DNA from: Candidatus Latescibacterota bacterium
GTDB lineage: Bacteria; Latescibacterota; CBDEFO01
Direction: 5' to 3'
NCBI GenBank assembly: GCA_965237525.1
Contig: CBDEFO010000004.1
Coordinates: 320,001 to 384,000, forward strand
DNA length: 64,000 nt
This document shows, piece after piece, positions 20,516-29,817 of this stretch. Every line of letters begins with the position of its first letter. Position 1 is the first letter of the stretch. The position numbers were made by a program, and so were the translations under genes. Under the pieces are notes generated by a model, which saw only the letters and a program-made list of their open reading frames with translations, did no database searches and was not told where the DNA came from.

Positions 20516-21754
20516 ATGGAATCGTCTATTGGGGAATTTGTAAAAGGAAAGAATTTGAAAAGTAGGGTTATGATTGTAGCAGGCGAGGCGTCAGGTGACC
20601 TCCACGGGAGCGGCCTTGTGGGCGAACTTAAGAGAATATCCCCGGATATAGAGATTTTCGGCATAGGAGGCCCCAGGATGGAGGCTGAAGGTGTGAAATT
20701 ACACTATCGTTCAGAGGACATGGCGTTTATGGGATTGGTAGAAGTGATGCGCCATATTCCCTTTGTCCTGAGAGCTCTATCAGATATGCGGAGACTCTTG
20801 CAGGATAAAAAGCCAGATCTTTTGATACTCATAGACTATGCCGGATTTAACCTGAAACTGGCCAATATAGCGCGCAAGAAAGGGATACCTGTGTTGTACT
20901 ACATCCTTCCCAAAGTCTGGGCCTGGGGAGGATGGAGAATCCCTAAGATAGTACAGGTTACTTCCAAAATAGCGGCGGTCTTTCCCTTTGAGCCGGCAAT
21001 CTTCAACGGGCGTGGAGGCGGCGCAGAATTTGTCGGCCATCCCCTGTTAGAAGTAGTAAAGTGCGAATCCACAAAGGCACAATTTCTCTACGACATCGGA
21101 GCCTCCACACGGAGTGGTAGCACCATCATAATCGGCGTCCTTCCCGGAAGCAGAAGACATGAGATCGAGCGCATATTCCCGATTATGCTTGAGGCGTTGA
21201 AAAGTATAGGTGAAAACCTCCAGAATATTCGTGCTCTTGTAGGATGCCTTGACGAGATAGAACCCTCCCTCTACGAGGATATTGCCGCAAAGGAAGAAGT
21301 ACAGGTCAAGTTGCTAAAGGGCAGGACGTACGATCTGATGAGACATTCTGATCTGCTCCTTGTGGGATCCGGAACGGCGACGCTTGAGGCAGCTATTCTG
21401 GGAACACCTATGATTATAATTTACAGTATGTCTTATTTATCCTATATTGTTGCAAAGTTATTTGTGAAAATTCCGCATGTGGGATTGCCGAACATAATCG
21501 CTGGCAAAGAGATAGTCCCAGAGTTTATTCAAAGGGCCGCCGATAGCCAAAGAATAGCTTCCGAATCTATCAGTATCCTCAAAGATAGCAAAAGATATGA
21601 AAAAGTGCGTAGAGACTTGAGCGAAGTTAAAGATAAATTAGGCGGCCCTGGAGCTTCCGTACTAACCGCAGAGATGGCAGCCGACATGATTGGAGTTAAA
21701 AGCAGTAGAGAGGGAGCCGTATTATTAACCGATTCGAAGCGATCGCAAGATTAG
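20516..21754 (+). CDS. lpxB: Lipid-A-disaccharide synthase
   Basis: VAGEASGDLHG, IDYAGFN, VWAW, FVGHPL, LPGSR, SGTATLE, LPNII. True start may be a few codons downstream. Confidence 0.95.
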   Translation: MESSIGEFVKGKNLKSRVMIVAGEASGDLHGSGLVGELKRISPDIEIFGIGGPRMEAEGVKLHYRSEDMAFMGLVEVMRHIPFVLRALSDMRRLLQDKKPDLLILIDYAGFNLKLANIARKKGIPVLYYILPKVWAWGGWRIPKIVQVTSKIAAVFPFEPAIFNGRGGGAEFVGHPLLEVVKCESTKAQFLYDIGASTRSGSTIIIGVLPGSRRHEIERIFPIMLEALKSIGENLQNIRALVGCLDEIEPSLYEDIAAKEEVQVKLLKGRTYDLMRHSDLLLVGSGTATLEAAILGTPMIIIYSMSYLSYIVAKLFVKIPHVGLPNIIAGKEIVPEFIQRAADSQRIASESISILKDSKRYEKVRRDLSEVKDKLGGPGASVLTAEMAADMIGVKSSREGAVLLTDSKRSQD

Positions 21755-21762
21755 ACAGTAGA

Positions 21763-23020
21763 GGTTATTTATCAAATGAAATCGGTGCACTTCTCTTTCG
21801 ATCTTTGATTGATCTTGAATGATAGGTTTTCGACAATCTTTGGTTTCTGTTCTTTTTCAAAATGGATGTATAATTGTTCTTCTTTTAGGTTCCATTCAGC
21901 CAGGACAAAGTAGTTGGTGTAAGAGGAGGGAAGAGATACTTTCTCATTTAGGACATCGATAAAGGCTTTATCTGTCTGTTCTGTGTCCTGTTTGACTTGT
22001 CTGATAAAATAGGTCTTGGGAATGAAATCTTTCTCGTTTGACTTCTCTTGCTTAGGTGGACGGTAGCCGGTGTATCTCTGTGATGAAAGATTAAACCATT
22101 CTAACTTCTGATCAACTTCTTGTAAGCTTTTGAACTGAATTCTGTTCCAGAACTTCCTTGAAAATACAGAATTGTTGCCTTCTATAGATGCTTGAGAAAA
22201 GGGCCTTCTGGGAACGGCAAATATCGGAATCACTTGATTTTTCAAGAGAAACTGCATTGCTTTGCTGACATTCCTTTTACCTGAAACACTGCCAATAGTC
22301 GCCGAGCAATTGTCCACCTTAACGAAATCTGGTTTTTCAAACCTGTCAAAGAAAGACTGACACTTCTCGATAAAGTTAGTTGCTGTTTGACCGTCAACCC
22401 GCCGAAAATACCTTAACTTAGGCTCTTTCTTAAAGGAAAATCCAACGAAGTTGACCGGCTCAGTTCTGCCGGTAAGATACTTTTTACCAATAAAGTCTGA
22501 TTCTAGGACTCTGCCTCCTGAAAGATAGTAAATGGTATACTCTGGATAACAAAGATAACGAGATGCACCCTTGTTTTTACCTTTCTTCCTTCTCTGGGAA
22601 AGTCCTAAATCTGAAAGCATTCTGCCGATAGTCGGCAACGACGGAGGAGGGGTGCTAGAATATCGATTCCTCCATTCTTGTTCAATAACAGTGGCTCCTG
22701 AATAGAACTGATAAGGATCGTCCTCTAAGCTATGGTAAATCTCTTTGATTCTCTGTTCGTCAACTTTAGCCAATTTTCGCCTTTTTCCTTTTGGCCAACC
22801 CCGATTATCCATGGCAAAATCCTGATCCAGAGATTTAGTCCAAGCCGTAACGAAATCATTGGAAACTCTCGCTTGTTTGATAACTTCTCGCTTTGACATT
22901 TCTTTCTTAAAATACATCTCGTTGACTTCTTGTCTTAATACGGCCAATCTCTCTTTGTCCATAGGACTCCGTAGATTAAAGTTAAGACAATCAACTCAAC
23001 TTAATCTACTAATACTCTAA
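21763..23020 (-). mobile_element. IS element A, copy 1 (rve/DDE), left end truncated by IS1182-like insertion
   Basis: Near-identical to 38347-39648. Right TIR intact at 21763; the terminal 44 bp of the left end are missing. Confidence 0.9.
21772..22962 (-). CDS. 396-aa DDE transposase (HTH plus integrase core, IS481/IS3-like)
   Basis: PSLPTIGRML HTH-like segment. Acidic triad in VLESDF / KVDN / SIEGNN. Present in three copies. Confidence 0.8.
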   Translation of the reverse strand: MDKERLAVLRQEVNEMYFKKEMSKREVIKQARVSNDFVTAWTKSLDQDFAMDNRGWPKGKRRKLAKVDEQRIKEIYHSLEDDPYQFYSGATVIEQEWRNRYSSTPPPSLPTIGRMLSDLGLSQRRKKGKNKGASRYLCYPEYTIYYLSGGRVLESDFIGKKYLTGRTEPVNFVGFSFKKEPKLRYFRRVDGQTATNFIEKCQSFFDRFEKPDFVKVDNCSATIGSVSGKRNVSKAMQFLLKNQVIPIFAVPRRPFSQASIEGNNSVFSRKFWNRIQFKSLQEVDQKLEWFNLSSQRYTGYRPPKQEKSNEKDFIPKTYFIRQVKQDTEQTDKAFIDVLNEKVSLPSSYTNYFVLAEWNLKEEQLYIHFEKEQKPKIVENLSFKINQRSKEKCTDFI

Positions 23021-24539
23021 AAGCCTTGTGAAAAACCCTTAGATTCAGAAAGTAGTATAGAACAAGCATTGATAAAGCAGCTCCGATGTATTATATTATG
23101 TTATTGATAATATTATACATGGAGGAAACAATGACCCCACAAGAGCAGGAACAGACAAATCCGGTGTTTCACTATTCTCAGATGGAGGATTTAGTTCCCG
23201 AGGATCATATCCTTCGTCAGATTGATGAGGCAGTTGATTTTTCATTTGTACGAGACGTTGTATCAGATTGTTATTGCCCTGACAATGGCAGACCCGGTAT
23301 TGATCCTGAATTAGTTGTTCGAATGATCCTTATTGGCTATCTGTATAATTTGAGTGAGAATCGGCTCTGTCAGGAAGTGGGGATGCATGCGGCATATCGG
23401 TTGTTTTGTCATCAGACATTTGATGATGCGGTTCCGGATAGGAGCACGATCAACAAGCTTCGCAATCACAAGTGGGCATCCAGTGGGTTGTTTGAACGGA
23501 TAATGCGTCAGGTAGTCCAGTGTTGCATAGATGTCGGTGTTGTGAGCGGTAAACACCTTAGTGTCGACGGCACTCAGATACAAGCTGATGCTTCAGTGAA
23601 AAGTATTGAGCCGATAGAACCCCCTTTTTCTCTTGATGATTATCTCAAGGGAATCGGTTTTGAAGGTGATAAGACAAAGGGTAGGTCCGGGCATCCTCAG
23701 GATAAAGACTTTCATGGTGAAAAGTGGACGAACCAAACACACCGTTCGACTACAGACCCCGACGCGCGCTTATACAGCAAATCGAAGGGCAAAGGGGCTT
23801 TTCTCTCGTTTATGGGCCATGATCTGATCGACACAAAAAGCAGAGTAATCCTTGAGACTCAGGGCACGCAGGCGACAGGGACAGCAGAGCCCGAAAGTGC
23901 CCTTAAGATGGTAGATGACCTTGAAACATACACCATGCCCAAAGACATTCAGACACTTAGTGCCGATACCGGTTACGGTTCTGGTAATTTTATCGCTGAT
24001 GTACTTGACCGGGGAATCATACCCCATATTCCTCTGCGAGCCGATGAGAAGATTGAACCGATTCCTACATGGAAAAACAAGACAAATTCAGCACATATTC
24101 AGGCCGAACGGGATAGAAAAGTGCGAGAGGCGAAAGCCAGAAATCATGCACGGTCTATCTCATTAACAGCTGACTACAAACTCTCCCGGAGACTCCGTAA
24201 ACGCAGTGAACATATCTTTGCTGAAGCCAGGCAACAACACGGTATGGGACGAGCCCGTTATAGAGGACCAGCCTCACTGAATGAACAGTTGAATCTTGTT
24301 GCAACAGTACAGAATCTCAAGAGGCTTGTATCTTTCATAAGAAGGGGGAAAGCGTCTATGTGTGCCCTGTCTGTCAAAGACAGTGCATCCTGTTCTTCAA
24401 ACAGCTCCTGTTCCTTGCTGACCAGAACTCTGATAAGACTATTTTGCTTATTCCACAGCAAAACGATACGATATGCTACTCTTTGACCCATAATCGGCGC
24501 TTCAGACGCTGCCTGGGACATAACTATTTCACAAGGCTT
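23021..24539 (+). mobile_element. IS1182-family element, copy 1 (1519 bp)
   Basis: 13-bp TIRs AAGCCTTGTGAAA/TTTCACAAGGCTT, with CTAA on both sides. Confidence 0.9.
23086..24486 (+). CDS. IS1182-family transposase
   Basis: LVPEDHILR, GRPGIDP, PDRSTI, VDGTQI, STTDPDA, ADTGY, RSEHIFAE. Start may be at 23131. Confidence 0.9.
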   Translation: MYYIMLLIILYMEETMTPQEQEQTNPVFHYSQMEDLVPEDHILRQIDEAVDFSFVRDVVSDCYCPDNGRPGIDPELVVRMILIGYLYNLSENRLCQEVGMHAAYRLFCHQTFDDAVPDRSTINKLRNHKWASSGLFERIMRQVVQCCIDVGVVSGKHLSVDGTQIQADASVKSIEPIEPPFSLDDYLKGIGFEGDKTKGRSGHPQDKDFHGEKWTNQTHRSTTDPDARLYSKSKGKGAFLSFMGHDLIDTKSRVILETQGTQATGTAEPESALKMVDDLETYTMPKDIQTLSADTGYGSGNFIADVLDRGIIPHIPLRADEKIEPIPTWKNKTNSAHIQAERDRKVREAKARNHARSISLTADYKLSRRLRKRSEHIFAEARQQHGMGRARYRGPASLNEQLNLVATVQNLKRLVSFIRRGKASMCALSVKDSASCSSNSSCSLLTRTLIRLFCLFHSKTIRYATL

Positions 24540-24825
24540 CTAAAACGCGAAGATAACAGATGTCAAGACATATCTTGTTGGCCCTTCTTGTTCCGTAGAG
24601 CGGACATCTGACGGCTAAAATTCCCATTTTTCAAAATCGAGCTGGACAAAACTATAACTGGAATAGGTAAAGCGATCGAATGCCCCACCGCAGATGTCTT
24701 AGCAAGGAGGAGCTAAGGGTTTATCTGCCGCTGAGGGAGAACAGATGGAATTTGAAGGAGATAATTTAAAGTGCCGGGCTTTAGTATGGTCAACCTTTTG
24801 TCGTTCCGAAAAGGAGGCGGTAATC

Positions 24826-27313
24826 ATGAAGACATTAATCGGAAGTCTCTTTGCATTCAGTATCATAATTGCTGTGTCGGCTGTTGTTTCAGCTAATGAG
24901 CCATCTGGTGGGATCTTTCCCGTTTTTCAGTTTCCCGATAACGCCTTGCCGCAGATAGACGGCGACTTAAGCGATTGGGATTTGGTCCCAGAGAAGTTCT
25001 GGATAACTCTGGAGAACGATTTCAAAAGGAGCGAGGTACTACCGTCAGGAACGCATACTTATCATCCTATCTGGAGAGATTTCGATCTTGCCGATTTCAA
25101 CGTAAAGTGCATCGTAGGCTGGAACGAGGAGACAAACCGTATCTACGTTATGGCTGAAGTAGTGGATGACTATCTGCACAATTCACGTGAAAATGCCTCA
25201 TATTATAACTGGGACGACGACATTAACTTCGTGCTCGATGCCGACCACAGCGGCGGAGAGCTCTTCAAGAACGACTGGAAATACTTACCTCATGAGAATG
25301 ACTGGAAATACTTACCTCGAAAAGAGCAAGAACAGTTGTTCTATACAACTGGCCAGCTTTATACTATGCTTGTACCACCTACTAGACGGCTATTACAGCT
25401 TTATGTACTTTCTGGACGATGGCACCTTCTAATGGCTGACGGATAGAACAGGTGACCTTGCTCCTGATTATCTAAAGACAGGCTGGACACGCAGAGGCGA
25501 AACAGGAGGACCTGGTACTTATACTTATGAGTTTATGGTAACCCCATGGGAGTTCCTGAGTCCTGGCGGTCCTGATTCGAGCACAATAGTAGATCTAGAG
25601 GAGGGAAAGATCATACACGTCGGGTTTCTGTTCAAGGATTACGATACCTCTGAGGCCTACGAGGGGTCGTATGATTCTCCTCCCATGCACGAAGTCTGGC
25701 GCAACGTTGATCTTGCTGCCGACTTCATGCTGTTACCAATTGCGGCCGATCTGAGCACCATCGCGGGCACGGTTAGTAGCTTGTTGAGGGATTACAGAAC
25801 GGGAGTACCACTTCTTAAGGATCTACCCGGGTGGTTTTTCGGACTGCGGTATCTTTTCGGAGTCAGCAGAAAAGATGTAGAACCCTATGGCGGATTGGTT
25901 ATCGAGGCCTACCGAGGCGATCAGCCGGGGGGGAGTGCCCATACCGACGCAGAAGGACAGTACAGTTTGATGTCGATGCCCGGGGAATACACCTTGAGGG
26001 TGCGTGGCGGACAGGGCATGGAGCCGTCGGAGGTGGCAGGACTCACTGTACGTCCGGGGCAGCAGACTAATGCTGATTTTGAAGTGACTCCGATCAAGCT
26101 GCCCAAGATTCTGGAGCGATCTATGGCCGCGTACCAGTCACTCCGCAGCTACCAAGACATGACTACCGTGGAGATACACACAACGAGATCCGGTATGGAC
26201 AACAGGATGACTACACCGATGCAGTTCGCCATCGAACGTCCCAACCGCCTCCGACTTGAAAGCATTGGCATGCGGATGAGAGATATAGCGGTAGTTAGCG
26301 ATGGGATAATGCTGGTGACTTACCAGCGAATGTGGAATCAGTACACGCAGAAGAATGCCCCGGAGAGGCTAACGGCTGATGATAAGACTATTACAGAACA
26401 GACGAGAAGTATGTTCGTACAGAAGCTAATAATGAGCGATGACCCACTCAGAGCCCTGATGGAGGGTGTGGAAGAGGTCGAGAAGGTAGGACACGAAAAA
26501 TTATCTGGCATTCCCACAACCATCGTCGAGCTGACGAAATCACCTCGGTTGCTTCGGACCGGCATGCTGTGGCAATACCAGGGGATCGCTGGGCCAGGAA
26601 TGGATAAGCCAATCAAAGTTCAGCTCTGGATTGGAGAGAAGGACTTCATGATCCGACAGGTTGCCTTCGAGATGGATATTAGACAGATGACCGAGGGAAT
26701 GCCGGAGGAGAGTCGGTCTTGGATGGAAGGGTTGAAGATCGGCTTCAAGGAGCGGCATAATGCCATAGAGATCGATCCAACATTCTCAGAGGAAACTTTC
26801 ATGTTCACTCCGCCTGAGGAGGCCAAGCTCGTCGAACAGTTTGGGCCGGGTGTAGCCAGCAGAGGTATGCCCAGTAGAGACAAGTCGGAGTTTGTCGGCA
26901 AGCCTGCGCCTGATTTTGTGCTGAAGGATATCGACGACAATGAGGTAAAACTGGCAGATTTTGAGGGGAAAGCAATGATCGTGAACTTCTGGGCTACCTG
27001 GTGTGGACCCTGCCGGGAGGAGATCCCCGGCTTCATAGCCCTCCAGTCCCAATATGCCTCCAAGGGATTCACAATGATCGGCATCTCTACCGATAGGAAA
27101 CGCGACGTAGTCCGATCTTTCGCGACCGAGAACAAGATCAACTATCCACTCCTGATGGCGGACGAGAAGGTGCGAGAGGACTACGGGGACATCTCGGCTA
27201 TCCCGACGACCTTTGTGATCGATAAGAAGGGGATCGTGCGCTATACCTACGTTGGGGTGCCGTCGGACAAGCTCATCTTCCAGCAAAAGGTGGAAGAGCT
27301 ATTGGCGGAGTAG
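24826..27313 (+). pseudogene. Secreted multidomain protein (CBM9-like sugar-binding, carboxypeptidase-regulatory-like, LolA/DUF2092-like, TlpA thioredoxin), broken by a frameshift near 25380 and TAA at 25430
   Basis: AAGGAGG RBS and signal peptide; PQIDGDLSDW. The downstream frame is continuous after TAA into the 592-aa ORF, which ends with NFWATWCGPC. Confidence 0.7.
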
Positions 27314-27382
27314 ACTGCTGGCAGTGCTCCGGACTTCGCATTTCGACACCCATTCAGTAAGATAGGAGAAACAGATTCAATA

Positions 27383-28156
27383 ATGTCCAATTTCGACCGC
27401 TTGGTAGAGACCATGGCTCGTTTGAGAGGTGAGGATGGATGTCCCTGGGACAGGGAACAGGATCACGAGACGCTGAAGGCGTACGCGATCGAGGAGACGT
27501 ATGAGCTTATAGAGGCCATAGATAAAAAGGACGATGAAGCGCTTAAGGAGGAGTTAGGCGATTTACTATTGCAGGTCGTCTTCCACGCCCAGATAGCCAG
27601 GGAAGGGGGCAGATTCGATATAGATGACGTGATAGAATATCACGTGGACAAGCTAATCGGCCGCCATCCTCACGTATTTGGAGACCTTAAGGTGGACGGT
27701 GTAAAGGAGGTGATCTCCAACTGGGAGAGGATAAAGGGCAGCGAGAGGAACAAGAAAAAGGGGAAAGCATCAGTTCTGGACGGTGTGCCACCGGGACTCC
27801 CCGCCCTTCTGAAGGCCAGAAGGATACAGGACAAGGTCTCAAGTGTCGGATTTGATTGGGAGAACGTGGACGGGCCCCTCGATAAGTTAAAAGAGGAAAT
27901 CTCGGAACTTAAAGAGGCATATGCCCATAAGGAGCGGGATAAGGTAGAAGAGGAGTTAGGAGACATACTATTTGCGCTTGTGAACGTGTCCAGATTCCTC
28001 AAGGTCTGTCCGGAAGAAGCTTTGAGAAAAACTGTAGACAAGTTTATGGAGCGTTTCAAATATATCGAATCGGAATTAGAAAAGCAGAATAAGGACATAA
28101 ACAAGAGCACGATTGAGGAGATGGATGCTCTTTGGGAGGAAGCTAAGAAAATATAG
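27383..28156 (+). CDS. mazG: Nucleoside triphosphate pyrophosphohydrolase MazG
   Basis: GCPWDREQ, EETYE, EELGDLLLQVVFH, second EELGD. Confidence 0.95.
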   Translation: MSNFDRLVETMARLRGEDGCPWDREQDHETLKAYAIEETYELIEAIDKKDDEALKEELGDLLLQVVFHAQIAREGGRFDIDDVIEYHVDKLIGRHPHVFGDLKVDGVKEVISNWERIKGSERNKKKGKASVLDGVPPGLPALLKARRIQDKVSSVGFDWENVDGPLDKLKEEISELKEAYAHKERDKVEEELGDILFALVNVSRFLKVCPEEALRKTVDKFMERFKYIESELEKQNKDINKSTIEEMDALWEEAKKI

Positions 28157-28241
28157 GAAAAACCATATACTTAGTGACCCAAAAGATTCATCGTGCCTGG
28201 CAACGTTACGCACCAAAGGAGGACGAAATCGGGTACGAACA

Positions 28242-28270
28242 TTGACAATAACGTTTAACCTGCTTAGAAT
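28242..28270 (+). promoter_or_regulatory. Sigma70 promoter
   Basis: TTGACA-N17-TAGAAT. Confidence 0.7.
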
Positions 28271-28373
28271 CATTATAGAAGCAGCTAATACTCCACAAAA
28301 TTTCTTGAATTTCACAAAATTTAAAGTGATAGATCAAGGGCGAGGGTGCCCTGGCTACTGCTTTGGACCCTTC

Positions 28374-28667
28374 ATGCATAAACTCACATTCTACACCTTC
28401 AAACTCCAGGACGGCTTGAACGCCGTAGAAGAAGTTTTGGAAAGGTACGGCGCCGCAGTTCTGGAGATCCAACGGGACGGTTCGAGCGCAACGGTGAAGC
28501 TCCTTATAGACGGAAGAGAGGAAACCGCAATCGTAAAGGAAAAGAACGCTAAGGACCATCCCTTAGCCCGTTTTAAACCTGTATCTGAACTGACCCTGGA
28601 GCTTTCCTATATGAATAGGGACATAGAGAAGGGCCTGAAGCTCAAGCTCTTGAGAGGAGGCGGATAG
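28374..28667 (+). CDS. Hypothetical protein (97 aa)
   Basis: ATG downstream of the promoter; protein-like composition, ends in LLRGGG. Confidence 0.55.
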   Translation: MHKLTFYTFKLQDGLNAVEEVLERYGAAVLEIQRDGSSATVKLLIDGREETAIVKEKNAKDHPLARFKPVSELTLELSYMNRDIEKGLKLKLLRGGG

Positions 28668-28834
28668 CTTGTGGAAGCATTGACCCTTTGTAGTAGAAAG
28701 GGATGGGAGGCGGTGCCGTGTCTACTGTCTACTGTTTGCTGTCTACTGCCTTTCAGGGAGGCGGTGCCCCTATCTACCCCCCGATAGCTTCAATCGGGGG
28801 GTACTGTCGACTAGTGCAGGGAGGCAGATAGCCT

Positions 28835-29308
28835 GTGAATAAGCTAACTCACATAGATGAAAGCGGCGCCGCACGAATGGTGGACGTAACCCATAAAGAT
28901 GTGACCCAAAGAGAAGCCATCGCCGAAGGCGAGATTCTGATGTCCCGAAAGATAATCGAGATGATAGTGGACGGAAAAGCCCCTAAAGGAAACGTCTTAG
29001 AGACGGCCCGGATAGCTGGGATCATGGCGGCAAAGAGGACGTGGGACCTAATCCCGCTCTGTCATCCTCTGGAGATAACGGGCGTGGATGTGAGATTCAA
29101 AGTGGAAGAAGATAGGATAAAAGTCGAGTCCCAGGTATCCGTCCCCGGAAGAACAGGAGTTGAGATGGAGGCCCTAACAGCCGTTTCGGTCGCTCTTTTG
29201 ACCATATACGATATGTGCAAGGCCGTGGATAAGAGGATGGTGATCTCCGACATAAAACTGATGAGAAAATCGGGCGGAAAGAGCGGATCGTTCGTAAGGG
29301 AGGTGTAG
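28835..29308 (+). CDS. moaC: Cyclic pyranopterin monophosphate synthase
   Basis: LTHID..ARMVDV, LIPLCHPL, TGVEMEAL, YDMCKAVD, KSGGKSG. Confidence 0.97.
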   Translation: MNKLTHIDESGAARMVDVTHKDVTQREAIAEGEILMSRKIIEMIVDGKAPKGNVLETARIAGIMAAKRTWDLIPLCHPLEITGVDVRFKVEEDRIKVESQVSVPGRTGVEMEALTAVSVALLTIYDMCKAVDKRMVISDIKLMRKSGGKSGSFVREV

Positions 29309-29313
29309 AAGCG

Positions 29314-29817
29314 ATGATAAAGGTCGGTGTCCTGACTGTAAGTGACAAGAGCGCTGCGGGGGAAAGAGAGGATGAAAGCGGAGCAGCTATAAGAGAAATA
29401 GCGCCCGAGTTCGGCGGAAAGGTGGAGGTCTATCGCATAGTCCCGGACGAAATTGACAAGATAACAGAGGCTTTAGCCACGATGGCAGACGACGACGACA
29501 TGGACGTTATCCTGACCACGGGGGGAACAGGCGTCGCACAGAGAGACGTAACCCCTGAGGCGACAGAATACGTGATCGAAAAGGCGGTCCCGGGTATAGG
29601 CGAAACTCTAAGGGCAAAGAGCCTGAAGATCACTCCCTGGGCTATGCTCTCCAGGATGACCGCAGGGGTCAGAGGAGAGACGCTCATAATTAACCTTCCG
29701 GGGAGTCCCAAGGGCGTAAGAGAGTGTCTAGAATGGCTCCAGGACGTGATCCCTCACGCTGTAGAACTCATCAAAGGCGAAACGGGCGAGCACCAAAGGC
29801 ACGAATCGCATGGTTAG
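29314..29817 (+). CDS. mog: Molybdopterin adenylyltransferase (MogA/MoaB family)
   Basis: LTVSD, TTGGTG..RDVTPEAT, NLPGSP. Confidence 0.9.
   Translation: MIKVGVLTVSDKSAAGEREDESGAAIREIAPEFGGKVEVYRIVPDEIDKITEALATMADDDDMDVILTTGGTGVAQRDVTPEATEYVIEKAVPGIGETLRAKSLKITPWAMLSRMTAGVRGETLIINLPGSPKGVRECLEWLQDVIPHAVELIKGETGEHQRHESHG

Noticed and set aside
28113..28373. Upstream part of the 184-aa ORF
   Set aside because: It overlaps the mazG end and a consensus promoter. ATG 28374 is more plausible.
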